Source: Carpediemonas membranifera BICM
Taxonomy: Eukaryota; Protista; Fornicata
Assembly (NCBI GenBank): GCA_019828565.1
Contig: JAHDYR010000005.1
Location: 1 to 64,000 of the forward strand
Length of the DNA: 64,000 bases
Direction: 5' to 3'
The position numbers were made by a program, and so were the translations under genes. A model generated the notes under the pieces. That model did no database searches and was not told the origin of the DNA. It saw nothing but the letters and a program-made list of their open reading frames with translations. Positions 47,200 to 60,352 of the stretch are shown here, in pieces (position 1 is the stretch's first letter; every line of letters starts with the position of its first letter).

Positions 47200-50100
47200 C
47201 GGATCATTCGGGACTTCGCCACAGAGGTTTCTCCAAAGAAGCCGAGGATGTATACGAAGAAGAGATTGAGGACTACTCCGACAAGATCAGCGAACTTCTC
47301 GACAAACTACGCGACTTGGATGTTGATCACGACGAGAACATCATTTTCCCATGGCGTGCCTTCAGACTCGCCAGCCCACAAGCCGACAACAACGAGCAGG
47401 CGTCGGGCACTTCAGGCAGGAAGCCGCTCGCTCGCAGGCTCGATGGTCGCGATCCGTTCCAGCAGTTCAGGGACAAGACCAAGTTCCGCATGCCTCCTTC
47501 CCACACGAGATACTGCACACAGCATGGCTGGAACCCGCACCACGAGACGAAGGACTGCAGGTTCCTCATCAGACGGGAGGCTTACAAGGCCCAAGAACGC
47601 CAGCCACAGACCGAGAAGCGTCAGGAACGCAGACCTGAAGAGCGGCAAAAGCAGCACGGCAACCGCGCACGCCCTGTGGCGCCCACCAGTCACCAACAGT
47701 CGGATCGCCGGGCCGGCCGCATGGACCTCCGCCCCTCGTCTACCCTGAAGAACCCCCGCCGCGTCGATGAGGTGTTTGACGCGGATGAAGCGTCTCATTC
47801 GGAGTTGGAGAACGAAGTCTACGAGATCGAGGACATCATACTCGACAAGGACCCGGTGAAGGTCCCGGCTGTTATCAACGGCCAGCACATGAACGTCAAG
47901 TTCGACATCGGCGCTTGCACGTCGGTCATATCAGCCCCTGCCCTCGCAGCGATCCCCGACGTGACCCTGATACCGACCTCAGTCGAACTTCTCGGCGCTG
48001 GGGACGATATCATCTCCACTGGCAAAGCCGCCAAGGTCTCGCTGACCCTCCCCAGTGTCGACGGAAAGACCGTGACCACCACTGCGTTGCTCATGGTCAC
48101 GAAGGGCCAGAGGAAGAAGGTCCTCATTGGACGCGATTTGCTCCGCCGCCTCGGCTTCCTGCTGAACGAACGGCTGCTAATACCGTCCGCTGACCCGATC
48201 GATGACGACGACGGCCTGGGACAGCACCCCTACCTCGACTCGACAACAGAAGAAGTCGACCCCGAGGAAGAGTGGCGCAAGGTTAAGCTGCCGACCGAAG
48301 AGAACCCGGAGCTGGCTGCCTGGCTGACCGACTTCCTTCGCGAGCGCAAGGCCGTGTTTGGCCCTCTACCTCCGGATGGCAGCAAGATGCCGCCACACGA
48401 GATCGTCATCGATCCAAGCCGCCCTACACCCAGGGCCCGACCCAGCCCGCTGAAGGGTGACCCGGGAAACTCAGCCCTCGCGGAGATCGACAAGATGCTC
48501 AACCAGGGCGTGATCCGAGAGAGTCAAAGTCCGCACTCTAGCCCGCACGTCATGGCAAAGAAGAAGAGCGGCGAAGACCGCTTCTGCATCGCTTATAACG
48601 TCTTGAACAACGCCACCATCGACGACCTGTACCCCACGCCGGACATCCGATCGTTTGTACACGAGGCGAGCGGATGCTCCGTGTTCGCGGCGCTCGACCT
48701 GCGCAGCGGATACTGGCAGCAGAACATGGCAACCGATAGCATCCCGCTCACCGCATTCACCGTCCCGGGCGGGCATTACGAGTTCTTACGTACACCATTC
48801 GGGCTGAAGAACGCCCCAGCAAAGTTCCAGCGAGCCATGGACGAGATGCTCGCTGGCATCGACGGTTCAAGAGCCTATATCGACGATATCTTTGCGTACG
48901 CCCGCTCCATTCAGGATTTCAAGTCGACCCTCACCCAGATCTTCGACCAGTTGGAAGCTTACGATATCAAACTCCGCGCCGACAAGTGTGCCATTGGCAT
49001 GAAGGAGGTTGAAGTCTGTGGGTTTATAGTCAACGAGTCTGGCAGGTCGGTTTCCCCCTCACGTATCGCAGCCATCCAGGACCTCACACCCCCAACGACG
49101 ACAACGGAGCTGCGCCGCACGCTAGGCAAGTTCAACTATCTGTCAAACTATGTCCCACACCTCGCCCACGCATCAGCCCCGCTCAACGCCCTCCTAAAGG
49201 GATCGCCGCAGAATCGGCCCCCCTCGATTGGACTGCCACTGAGGACGAAGCATTCGCCCGTATGAAGACCCTAGTAGCCGAGCACACCGCCCTCGCGCTC
49301 CCAGACCTGAGTGCAAAGTGGACTCTCGAGACCGACGCATCGTCGACCGCCATCGGTGGTGTACTGTGGCAGGGCGAGGGTGACGAGAAGGTCCCACTCG
49401 CCTTCTACAGCAAGACCCTCGACGAGACCCAGCAACGGTGGTCCACGGTGGAACAGGAGCTTTTCGCCATTGTCTATTGTGTAACGCGACCAGAGTTTTC
49501 CCCCCTCTTCAAGCTGAAGCCGTTCGAGCTTCGCACGGACCATCGTAATCTGATATGGCTACTCAGGAAGACAGACGAGGACGGCACTAAGAAACTGACA
49601 CGATGGCGACTCACCATGACAGAGTATCCGTATAACGTCACACACATAGCTGGAGCGCTGAACCTCGTAGCCGACGCACTGTCGCGGCCATCATCTCAGC
49701 GCAAGAACGAGCTGCGCCGCTCGATCGACCACGTCACCACGACGCGCCAAGAGCAGATCACCAGGGCGCACGCCGGTGCACAGGGCCACGTCGGCCCAGA
49801 CCAGACCATCGCCAATCTGAAGCAGTCCGGTGTCACGTGGCCAGGCATGTCGGATGACGTCCGCGCGACCTTACGCCAGTGTCCAATCTGTCGCAAGACA
49901 AAGCCAGCCCGCAAGGAGCCGATCAAGTGGCACTCTACTCAGCGCATCCGCCCATTCGAGACGGTGCAGGTGGACACCATTGGCCCTTTGCCCGAGAGAG
50001 ACGGTCTCAAGTACGTCATCACGGTGGTGGACGTGTTCTCGAAGTTCACCATATTGAAGCCCACACGGTCAACGAGCGCAGCCGAGGCAGCAGCCGCATT

Positions 50101-51067
50101 GCTGGAGATCTGGGCGACTTTCGGCGTCCCGGCCGAGCTCCAGTCTGACCAAGGTACACAGTTCAGGAATGCCCTAGTCGAGGAGATGAACGAGCGACTG
50201 AGTTTCAAGCACCGGTTCAGTACGGCATATCATCCGGCCAGCAACGGCGTAGTCGAACGCCTGAATGGTACCGTCATGAGACGCTTAAGAGCGCTCCTGC
50301 TGGACGCCCGCGACGACAACTGGCCCGCATACCTGCCCATCGCCCAGCACGTTATCAACGCCACCCGCCACTCCACCACAGGCCTCAGCCCCTTCGAACT
50401 ATTGTTCGGACGCAAGTCAACCATGCTGCGCGTCGCGCCCGACGCCCTGACCAACGCAACCCAGATGCTCGAGCCTGGCTCAGTCGAAGCCGACGACATC
50501 GTCCGCTTCCAGGCCCACGTCACGTCGCTCCAACAACTTGCCGCGATCAAGGTCAAAGCCTACGAGGTAAACAAGGCTGCAGGCTCCTCGGACAGCACAC
50601 GGGCCTGGGAGAACGAAACCTACGTCCTGCTGAGATACCCGGGCAAGCCGCCGACCAAGCTACTCCCGCCTCTGCGCGGACCGCTCCGCATGGAGGGGAA
50701 GGGCGATCACCCCAACACCTACAAGGTGATGGATCTCGTGTCGAAGTGCGTCGCCACAGTCCACGCAGACCGACTCGTCACATTCCACGCCGACGGCCTC
50801 ACGGAGAAGGAGCTCGAGGAAATTGCCGCCTACGAGCAAGATGAACAACCCGTGGAGGCAGTCGTAGGCCACCGTAAGAAGAAGAACGGCTCTCTGGAGC
50901 TACTGATCCGTTGGGAAGGCCTCACCCCCGACGAGGACTCATACATCCCCTATAATCGCTACTACGACCAGCTCGAGGCTATCGACAGTTATCTCGAGCT
51001 CAATCCTGGTCTCAAGCCGATGTTTGAGAGTGCTAAGAAGAAGTTCCGCAGGAGCGGTCGCCGTTAG
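47200..51067 (+). CDS. GyB pol, duplicate copy (frameshift ~49220)
   Basis: ORFs 47160-49265 and 49262-51067. Confidence 0.9.
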
Positions 51068-51158
51068 TCGTGCGACACGCACTGGGAGGGAAGTGTGCCC
51101 TTAACCTGCGGAATTCGTAAACAGTCTTTATCATATTTCTGGGCCCTAGCACGGCACA

Positions 51159-51818
51159 GCTCCTTCGCGGAGCTGAAGAACATGTGTTCTCGCTCAGCAG
51201 ACCTCCAGCTCACAATCTCGACCGACGCGTCGGGCGAGGGATGGGGCGCTCACTGGTTCAACGAGACACAGCCTCGGTCTGCCAAGGGGACTTTCCGCGC
51301 AGCTCTCAGCGGCGAGTCGATCAACGTCAAGGAGCTCGTAGCCGTCCTCCTAGGTTCACGCCTCATTCCGAGACAGCTCGAGGTCAGGCACTTGACCGTC
51401 TTCACGGACAACACAACCTGCATGGCGTGGATCAACAAGCAGGGCTCAACCAAAGCTCCACCGCTGGCTCTGCTAACCCTCAGGACGCTTTATCGGGAGC
51501 TAGAGGAGAAGAACATCCTGATCAAGGCACGCCACACACCAGGACACCTCAACATTACGGCCGACAGGCTCTCACGAGGCGTGCCGCTAGAGCCCCTCCA
51601 CACACCACGCCATATATTGGAGATCATGATGCTGAGGTGGGGGCCGGTCGACTCAGATGCGACTGCACACCCAGACCGCTCTCTGGCCCTGCCAGGCTTC
51701 GCCAAGCAGGGTTGGCCCGATGGGCTGGAGAGGGACTGGACGGACAAACGCGTGTTCGCTGCCCCACACCCGAGCTTCATCCCGAAGATATGCCAGCGCT
51801 TGATGTCGACCCCAGGGA
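51159..51818 (+). CDS. DIRS-D RNase H and MT N-terminal half
   Basis: TDAS, KELVA, TDN, NITADRLSR, WGPVDSDATA, VFAAP. Confidence 0.88.
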
Positions 51819-54800
51819 AAGAAAGAAAGAAAATTTATGGTGCCTGGTATCGGGCCCCGGTTACTTAGGCTGATCTCCCTTATTACTGGAGCCGAGTTCC
51901 CCGGGGCGCTGCCTCCTCCCTGCGATTGAACTTGTCAGCTGCGTCCAACGAGCGATTCGGTGCTACTGCTTCCGCTCACTCCCGATTTCACTTCCCCCCA
52001 TAGGCCTTCGCCATCTCCGTGCGCTGAGCGCTTTCCTGTCTCCCTGTAAACCCGGCAGCTTCCAGGGAGCCTGGGGGTCTGTCCTCGGTGCTTCCACAGG
52101 CAGTTTTGTCCTGCAAGACCTTCTCTATAGCACTCCATGATTCCCTGCAGTCCCTACGGGGTCGTTCAAGCATGGCACCCTCTCATCTTTCCAGATTCCC
52201 TGTTCAGTGCCCCCACGACCCTGTTAAGTGGCCTACCCGTGGGCGGGGAAAGCAACTAAGTCCCTCTCATCTACCCCCTGTTAGGCGGCGTGGGCTAGGG
52301 CTAACACAGACTCTAGATCTGCAAGGCCTAGTACCCCTTATGATAGTTCTCTTGTGCTACACTTCCCAGCGTCCCTCTATCGTTCACAAGGGCGGCGGGG
52401 ACGTCATGTCCCCCCGTATCCCATGCTCAGTCCCTGCAGTTTCCTTAGGTTCACCGCGAGTGGTGCAACCATCCAATTGATGGATTTCCTCTGTCCCTGG
52501 CCCTGCCCTCTCCCCTGGGAAAAAGGGTCTCCCCTTGATCCCAGAGTCTATGCTTCCCTGCCCCCTTTCTGGATGTGGTGTTCCTTATCTATCCATCTAT
52601 TCTATAGCTATCATAGACCTTTGCCAGGGCTCTCAGCCCAGCTCGCAGTCCTTCCCATATCTCTTCCGACCCTGTTAACACTAGTTGTTGCACCTCTAAG
52701 ATTGGCCTCTTCTCATACCACCTCCCATTCGGGCCTCTTCTGACTTGCAATTCCCTGGTCCTCTCCTTAGCTGTCTTCCATATCTTTTCCCAGTCATCTC
52801 CTCTTTCAACCTCTGGGCACTCACACATAATGTGGGCCGCCGATCCCAGCGGCTGACCCCTTACCCACTCCCCTGATTAGTGCCTGCTTCCTGGCTTGGT
52901 TTGGCTGCTCTCTCGCTATTTGCCACAGTAACTCTATCTCGCTCTCCTTTGTGCACAGGGGGCACCTCCTTTGTATCTTGTGTTTGAGTTCCTCACCCAT
53001 CGCCAGGTCCGCCAGCGCTCGCTCTGGGCCTTCTCCCCTTTCCGCTGATGATGGAGACGGGCTGACATTCGCTGCCACCGACACTATCCTTTTCCACTCT
53101 GCCCTTGACTGCCACTTCCCTGTCTTCCTACTTATGGCCGGTTTCCCCGCCATGCACTTTCCCATACGTTTGTGTCCTAGGACTTCCATGAGCCCCACCG
53201 CTGTCTTGCTCTTGCACCTCCTGGTCCAGTTCATTCTTACCATCTCCCTACCAAAGTCTATCTTCCCTGCATTCGTTGCTCCCTCTCTTGTTCCTCTGAG
53301 GAGTGCGTTCACTGAGTCCCTGGCTTTCCACATAATCGATCCCTCCTTCCAGACCCTGTATCTGATTGGTATATCCTGGCCCCTGCTTGTCACGATCCTC
53401 TTGACTGCTAGAATCTCCAGGTGGGCTTGCAGGTCCATCCATCCGTTCAAGATGCGCATGACCGAGCCCCCACCTGGGCCTGTTCCGGCCATGATGCCCT
53501 GCCAATCCGTCCATATCTTGTTCCCCCCTGCTGCGTAGCCCCACACCTCCACTCCAAACATTATCCTCGGCCATATGTAAACTTCGAGGAGGATCCTGCT
53601 GGCTAGCGCCGGCATGTTGCCTCTGGTCCATCCCACTCTTCTCACTAGCTTCTTGTACCTTTCGCTCTGCTCCCGCTTCTTTCTGATACAGGCTGCCAGT
53701 GGGTCTTTTCCGCTGGCTATCCAGAGACCTAGGTACTTAGCTTCCTCTTTTGCCATTAGGGTAACTCCCCCCACTCTCGCCACTGCTGCCCTGTCTACAC
53801 TGATCATCTCACTCTTTTTGTGCATTTGCCCTCATGAGGTGCTCCTTGATAACTTCTATGACTAGGTTCGCCACTATCTTACTCTTTTCCGGTGTCTCCC
53901 CTGTGACCGCTGTATCGTCCACGAACATGGTTAGGGTGGCCGGCAGCGTGTCCCGGACTCTTGGTAACTCCGTTGGTGGTTCCCTGATATCGTACTCTTG
54001 TCCCTGATGCTTCTTCCTGACCAGGTGAGGCCAGTTTGCCATGAACAAAACGAACAGGGTCGGCGCTAGGACACATCCTTGCTTCACTCCCCTGTTTGTT
54101 CTCTCCCATGACCCTGCCCCCTTCACCGAGATCCATGTCTCTTCTAGTGTACTCTGTATTGCCCTGATGAGGTGGTCTTCGACCCCCATTCCCTGCAGCT
54201 TATCCATGAGGATGTCCCTCGGGACGGTGTCATAGGCTTTCTCTATGTCTAGGAAGATCGACGTGGTCTCCCCCCCTTCCTGGTGTCTCTGCACGATGTA
54301 TTGTATCTGTTGTATTACGTCCTTATCCGATTGGAACCCTGCTTGCTCTCTTGGGATGAGGTGCCATGTGGCTGCTTCTAATCTTCTCTTCAGGAGCCTA
54401 CCATACACCCTATACAGTAGTGGTGTTAGCGAGATGGGTCTGTACGACTCCGGCTTCACTCTGGGCTTCCCTGTCTTGTGGATGGCCGCGACTGTAGCAT
54501 ACTTCCATGTTGTCGGGATCTTGCCCTCCCTGTATACCCTGTTCATGAGCCTAGTTATCTGAGCGATCCCCTGGTCATCTGTGTCCCTGAGCATGTCCCC
54601 TGTAGTGTGGTCCGGTCCCGGTGCAGTGTCCCTCTTTATCCTTCTGATCGCTTCTCGTATTTCTCTCTCCTTAAATTCGTCCTCCCTCTTTCCATTGCCT
54701 CTATCCTTCCACTCCGGTTCCCTGCCCCTGCTCACTCCTGCATACTGTTGTAGGAGGATCTTACCTATTTCTTCCTTGTTGGTGGTAATCTTCCCGTCCT

Positions 54801-56431
54801 TCAGTATGCTCTCTGGCATGCCCTTGAACTGGTTTTCACACCACCATCTTCTTACCGCTGCTTCCACCATGGACCTGGATGCTTTGTATCCTTCCTTCGC
54901 GCTCCCGCTGAGGTCCTGGATCCACTCTTCCCTGCGTTTTCCCCCAGAAGGCCTGTAGCTCACGCTTCATGATCTCACTTCTGGTCTTGTTTCCCTCTTC
55001 TGTCCATGGTGTGTGCCGGAGCTCCGACCACACCTTTTCTTTGATGACCTCTTCCCTGTATCCACTGCCTGGGTGACCTGACGGCTCGCCCATATCCTTC
55101 CTGATATCCTCCTCCCACTCATCCAGGCTCTTAAAACGGTGCAGTCTTCTGACTGATGTGCGTTCAGCCTTCTTCCTCATGTTCCACACTCTGACGCCCG
55201 GTATGTCTAGGACTTCCTCTCTCTTTGTAGTCCGTTGGATCCGTTGTTCCCTCCATTCCAGTCTTATCATGTTGTGGGCTGACCCCCAGACTCCGAGTCG
55301 ACTAGCATCCAGTACTTCTATCCTTGCTCCTCTGATCCCTGATGATACCAGCGCGAAGTCCGGAGTGGTAGTTCCCTTGGTGAGGGTACCTTCCATGGGG
55401 ATCACTGCTCCCAGCTTATAGTCCCTGATCAGGTCCTTCCATCTTGCCATTGTGGCTATCCTTCTGGGGTCGAGGTTCCAGTCCCCTATGATGATTGTTT
55501 CCATCTCTCCTTTCATCTCCAGAATGCTCCTTATTCCGTCCCTGAACTCGTCCTTCTCCTCCCTTCCGTGGCCGACCGGTGGGCCATACACGTTGATCAC
55601 CAGGATGTCCCTATGGGTTCTGAGTATGCTCACCTGTATCCTCCCTGATAAGCTATCTGTGATGCCTACGTCCCAGCTCCCTCTTGCTCTTGGGTTGATG
55701 ATTGTGCCCACTCCTTCTCTAGTACCCCTCGTCCTGGGCGTCCGGCTACTGCTCCCTGCTATGCCCAGCTGGGCATCTATTCGGCGCTGGCTTTGGGCTT
55801 CTTTCTTCCTCCTCTCGTTGTCCATAGCAAGCTCCTCCTCTGTTTCCTTCCCTGCCATTGCGTAGTCGAAGTCTATGAAGTTGTGTACCCTCGTATTCGC
55901 CGTCCTCCACGTTTCTTGGATGCATACTGCATCTGTGTCGCTCAGTTTCATCCTTATAGCCGTTGCCATTGAGGCCGTGAAGTCCTTTCCCTTCCCGATG
56001 TGTCCCTCAGTGTTCAGGCTCGCTATCTTGATCGTTTCCATTCTTGTACTCCGTCTTTCCTATCCTGCGAATTTTCGGAAATTCCCTGCAATCTGCCCTT
56101 GTCCCGTCACGGGGCCTTCGTGCCGGCTCCGGTTACCCATGGCGGGCCAACTATGGGTTACCCTGGTGACCATCCTTACCTTCGGGCAGGGATACTTAGG
56201 AGGGGGCGCATTGGCGTGACCCCCCCTTTGGCTGCCGCCACAGCCCACCGGCAGTGCATTTCAGCTAATGCCGGACCCTGGGTGGGAGCCAGGGTTGGAT
56301 TAAAAGAAAAGAACTCACAACTGTCACTATCACTCTCAAAGAATACCACTTTACCCTGCTTAATCGGTCTCCGTTGAGTTGCCACTGTCACTGCCATCAT
56401 CGCTCTGGTTCTCGGTTGCCATCCCCTGTTG
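51819..56431 (-). mobile_element. LINE La, full length, inserted in DIRS-D MT domain
   Basis: 19-bp TSD 51800-51818 / 56432-56450; ORF 56041-52589 with frameshifts. Confidence 0.93.
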
Positions 56432-56450
56432 TTGATGTCGACCCCAGGGA

Positions 56451-57571
56451 CCCCGACTACGTTCCCCCCAAGAGCCTGGCCGGCATCACTTTTCCTCGTC
56501 GTACCATACACAGTCGCGCCAGAGCTCCGCCTCCTCAAGTCCAGAGCAACCTGCAAGTTGACCTTCTCGGTACACCACAGTCAGCTCGCCGCCGAGGACC
56601 AGGCTGCTCTCAAATACACGCAGCGCCCGAACGGCACAGTTCGCCTGCTAGCCCTCGCCTTCCCGACGTTTTTCGAGCGCGTCCGCAACCACCCCAGCCT
56701 TGCACACATGCGAAGAGATGAGTCCAAGAGAACGGTAGCGGGCTACATCACCGCGTTCCTGGCAGCCAGAGACCCGGAAGAGGACGACACCGACGAGTAC
56801 CGCTCCTTCCTCGAGGAGCAGGCCGAGCACTTCTCTCCGGCAACAGTCGAGAGGAAGGGCTATTGGATCGAGCAACTGGCTCCTCTCGTCTCTGACTGGG
56901 TTGCCGGCCAGTACTGCTCGCAAATCCGCAGAGGCATCTCAGGGCACGCCAACATCGACGGCATGACGGGCGGCTCCGCGCCGGTCTTCAAGGAGGCCAT
57001 GATCCGGGCTCTAGCAGAGAGGAACAAGGACATAGCCACTTACCAGGCGACCATGTTCGCGGCGTTCGCTTACATCACAGTCAGTAGGGGAGCGGAGATC
57101 TTCCGCCTCACGCCAGCCGACATCTCGTTCGCAGCGAATGGTGATGCCCGCCTGAGATTAAGGAGGACCAAGACCATGACACGAGTGACAAAGTCTCTAC
57201 CTAACGTTCTCCTGGGGCCTTTCAATCCCGCCCTTGCTCTTAAGAGGTGGCTCGCGGGCCTGTCCCTCCCGCCTGACGCCTGCATCTGGCGGGCCGTCAC
57301 AGCTTCCACAAAAGTTAGCAAGAGGCACCCAGCCATCATGAGAGCGTTGAGAAACGAGCTGAAACGCGCCTTCAACAACGACCGCGTCGGTTTACACAGT
57401 TTCCGCAAGGGAGCTGCGTCAGAGCTCGCCCTCTCCGGCATGCCAGTCGAAACGCTCCTCCAGCTCGGCACTTGGGCCAACGGGAATTCACTTAGGCCGT
57501 ATATCGGAGAGGCCATGCGTAATCATCCCACGCAATTGCGGCGCACAGCGCGCACGCTATTAGATCACTAA
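56451..57571 (+). CDS. DIRS-D MT C-terminus in frame with tyrosine recombinase
   Basis: VSRGAEI, RTKT, HSFRKG, GTW, SLRPY. Confidence 0.9.
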
Positions 57572-57849
57572 GCCACAACCCATAAAATCCATCGAACCGG
57601 TGAGCAGTCACAGAGACGCCCGGTACCGCAGCGCGCAAAGAGCCGCTGGGTCAGCTAGCATTGAGCAGCTGTGTGGACGGCAGGTCCTTGGGTAAGAGTG
57701 TATATGTTGTGTGGCCAGCAAAATCTGGCCGCCTCACCGGGTAGTACCCCAGCTCATTGTCGCAAGGGCGACGGGACGTGGGCGAGGCCGGCAATCGCCG
57801 GATGCCCGCGTCATTGGTCAAGATTGGTCGGCGCAGTTTATGCGGCCAG

Positions 57850-58430
57850 ATGACGAACGATTCGCAGCCGGTGGCTGCGACGGCCGAGGAAGTGGCAGAA
57901 CTGCGTACCACGGTGCAGGAGATGCAGAAAGCTCAGGAGAGATCCACCAAGATCCTCGAGAGGATGGCCGCCGCAAGCGCCGAATCTGAAGCGGATTTCC
58001 ACGAGGAACTGGCGTTTGAAGAAGATGAACAAGACCCCATCATGGCTTCCCTTTCATACATTGAGGCCATGACCGAGCTGCCGAAGAAGCGCCCTCTTCT
58101 GGAGGAGGCGAAGTTCCTTCGGAAGGTTCAAACGATCCTCACCTCTTCTACAGACACGAAACTCCTCAAGCGCCTTTCCCCCTCCTCTCCGCCCGGCGTA
58201 GAGCTCTGATGATGAAGGATGAAGATTACAACGACGTCACAGTCACCTACTTTCAGAACCAGGTATGGAAGGCCATCGCGGACAAAGGAACCCTCGACGA
58301 GTCCCAGATCGAGTCCTTCGAGCTCAAGTCTAAGATTCACGGAGCCAAGCGAAAGGGCGACAAGTTTCAGCCTCCGGGAGGCGGGGGCCGAGGCGGCAGC
58401 TCTCGCGGTCGCAACCGGCAGTCAAACTAA
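57850..58430 (+). CDS. DIRS-E gag-like ORF1 (frameshift ~58180)
   Basis: ELPKKRPLLEEAKFL, MMKDEDY. Confidence 0.78.
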
Positions 58431-58465
58431 CCGAGAACCACCTCTTCCCATCGATAACTGGCGAC

Positions 58466-60352
58466 GTGTGGCGACTCTGGGAGCGCTTCGGCGCCTCAGA
58501 GCACGTCGTCAGCCTACTCAGAGACGGCGTTCCAATATCACTGACCGCGCCTCCGTCGGCGGCCGCACCACAGACGCGACTGGACCCACGTGTTCGGGCC
58601 AAGCTCCAACAGCTGTTGAACGAGGGCATTCTCCGCAGAACGACCCTGCAGTCCCTCCGCCATTCGGCCCCGATCTTCCCTGTTTCGAAAGGCTCGGACG
58701 ACATCCGAGTAATACACGACCTCCGAGAACTCAACACCGTGACGGAGGAGACCCGAGTCTTCCGCCTCTTCGGCATCAAACGTGCTTTGGCGACGCTCAC
58801 GGCCGGGGACTGGATGACGAAGATCGACCTCCGCTCGGGGTACTCTCAAGTCCCAGTCAGGGGAGCAGGACAGGACACTTCTGGGCGTGGTCACTCCGGA
58901 GGGCGAGGCATTCTGCTACACTGGACTCCCCTTCGGTTGGACCGCGGCTCCGTTCTACTTTCAGACAATAACCATCCAGGCCACAAAGATCATCGCCAGG
59001 CGCCTCCAGATCCACGTTTGCGTGTATCTAGACGACTTCCTCCTATCGTCTGCGCGCAAGGAGCACCTGGCATGGGCAACACACGAGGCCCTCGAGCTCA
59101 TGCGCTCCCTCGGCCTCATTCCGGGGCTGGACAAGTGTATTCTTCAGCCTACACGCTGCTTGGAGTACCTCGGCCTCCTCATCAATACGGAAAACACTTC
59201 AGTGCGCCTTTCCAGCGACAAGGCGCGCAAGTATCAGCAGACGTTGATATCCGCGTTGGAGAGCGACTCCATCAGCGCCGTCGAGGGCGTCTCTCCTTCT
59301 TCGCTTCCGCAGCGCATGCAGCACAGCTCAAGCTGCGGCCGTTGCAAGCAAGACAGCCGAGAGGCAGAGTACCTTTGGATGCAGCCCTCAAGCAAGAGCT
59401 CGCCCAGTGGGTCTCACTGCTGCAGCAGCGCCCAGCCAAGTCATTTATCGAGCTCAGGGCCCTCTGGGACATGACAGGCTCCCTGGAGATGACAGTGGCG
59501 TCCGACGCATCCAGCTTCGGCTGGGGGGCCAGAGTATACCTCGGAGAGAACAACAGATCGGCGCATGGGCACTTCCCCCCGCACATAGTGAACGCCCACA
59601 TCTGCACAAAGGAGCTTTTCGCAGTCGTTCGGGGCATCGAACTCATCTCTCCACAGCCGCAGGTGCGCACCCTGACAGTTTTCTGCGACAACTCGGCCGT
59701 AGTCTCGTGGGTCAACAAGGGCGGATCGACAAGAGCAGACCAGACAGTCATGAGCCTACTCCACGAGCTGCAACAACACCTCGACAGCAGAAACCTCGTG
59801 GCTCGATGTCTTCACATCGCAGGACACCTCAACGTGGAGCCGGACAGGCTGAGCCGGTTCATGAAGCTCGAGTGGTCGACCCCGCGTTCAGTCCTCGAGC
59901 GAATCCAGCGCAACTGGGGACCAGTGCAGGTCGACGCGACCGCCGCTCCCACTCGCCGCCTGGCCCTCCCAGGATTCGCTCAGCACGGATGGACTCTCGC
60001 AGAACACGGCCTGTCTCGGGACTGGACGGGGATGAGAGTCTTCGCAGCTCCTCCAGTAGCGATGATTCCAGCGACATATCTGCATATTCGGACGATTCGG
60101 TCGCCGACCCAGACTGGATCCCCTCAGACGTGGAGGTCAGCTGCGATAATAGTGACTCCGGACATCCCGTCACCAGAACTCCGCCGCTTGCTAGCCCTCT
60201 CATCAGTTCCCAAGATGTACTTCAGAGTGAACCAAGATCTTCTGTCGGACTCCGAGCTGTCGCGGCTGGCCGAGAGGGGCAGGATAAGGCTCATCGCGAT
60301 GATCATCAGGACTTCGAGTTCCTCCTCCACCACGACAGGCTCTCACATCTGA
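58466..60352 (+). CDS. DIRS-E RT-RH-MT
   Basis: IDLRSGYSQ, LPFGWTAAP, YLDD (frame 58887), SDAS, VFAAPP. Confidence 0.88.
   Translation: MWRLWERFGASEHVVSLLRDGVPISLTAPPSAAAPQTRLDPRVRAKLQQLLNEGILRRTTLQSLRHSAPIFPVSKGSDDIRVIHDLRELNTVTEETRVFRLFGIKRALATLTAGDWMTKIDLRSGYSQVPVRGAGQDTSGRGHSGGRGILLHWTPLRLDRGSVLLSDNNHPGHKDHRQAPPDPRLRVSRRLPPIVCAQGAPGMGNTRGPRAHALPRPHSGAGQVYSSAYTLLGVPRPPHQYGKHFSAPFQRQGAQVSADVDIRVGERLHQRRRGRLSFFASAAHAAQLKLRPLQARQPRGRVPLDAALKQELAQWVSLLQQRPAKSFIELRALWDMTGSLEMTVASDASSFGWGARVYLGENNRSAHGHFPPHIVNAHICTKELFAVVRGIELISPQPQVRTLTVFCDNSAVVSWVNKGGSTRADQTVMSLLHELQQHLDSRNLVARCLHIAGHLNVEPDRLSRFMKLEWSTPRSVLERIQRNWGPVQVDATAAPTRRLALPGFAQHGWTLAEHGLSRDWTGMRVFAAPPVAMIPATYLHIRTIRSPTQTGSPQTWRSAAIIVTPDIPSPELRRLLALSSVPKMYFRVNQDLLSDSELSRLAERGRIRLIAMIIRTSSSSSTTTGSHI

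Larger units (their letters stand above)
45562..51818 (+). repeat. Second tandem unit: truncated La (45562-47182), GyB 3' two-thirds with LTR 51094-51158, DIRS-D RH-MT lacking Lb
   Basis: Offset ~10350 from 35211. Confidence 0.92.
32530..57707 (+). mobile_element. DIRS-like element D, split by GyB, Lb and La insertions and a tandem duplication
   Basis: Removing inserts at their TSDs rejoins RT (..TRPTRS|FAELKN..), RH and MT (..LMSTPG|TPTTF..) in frame; ends approximate. Confidence 0.88.
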
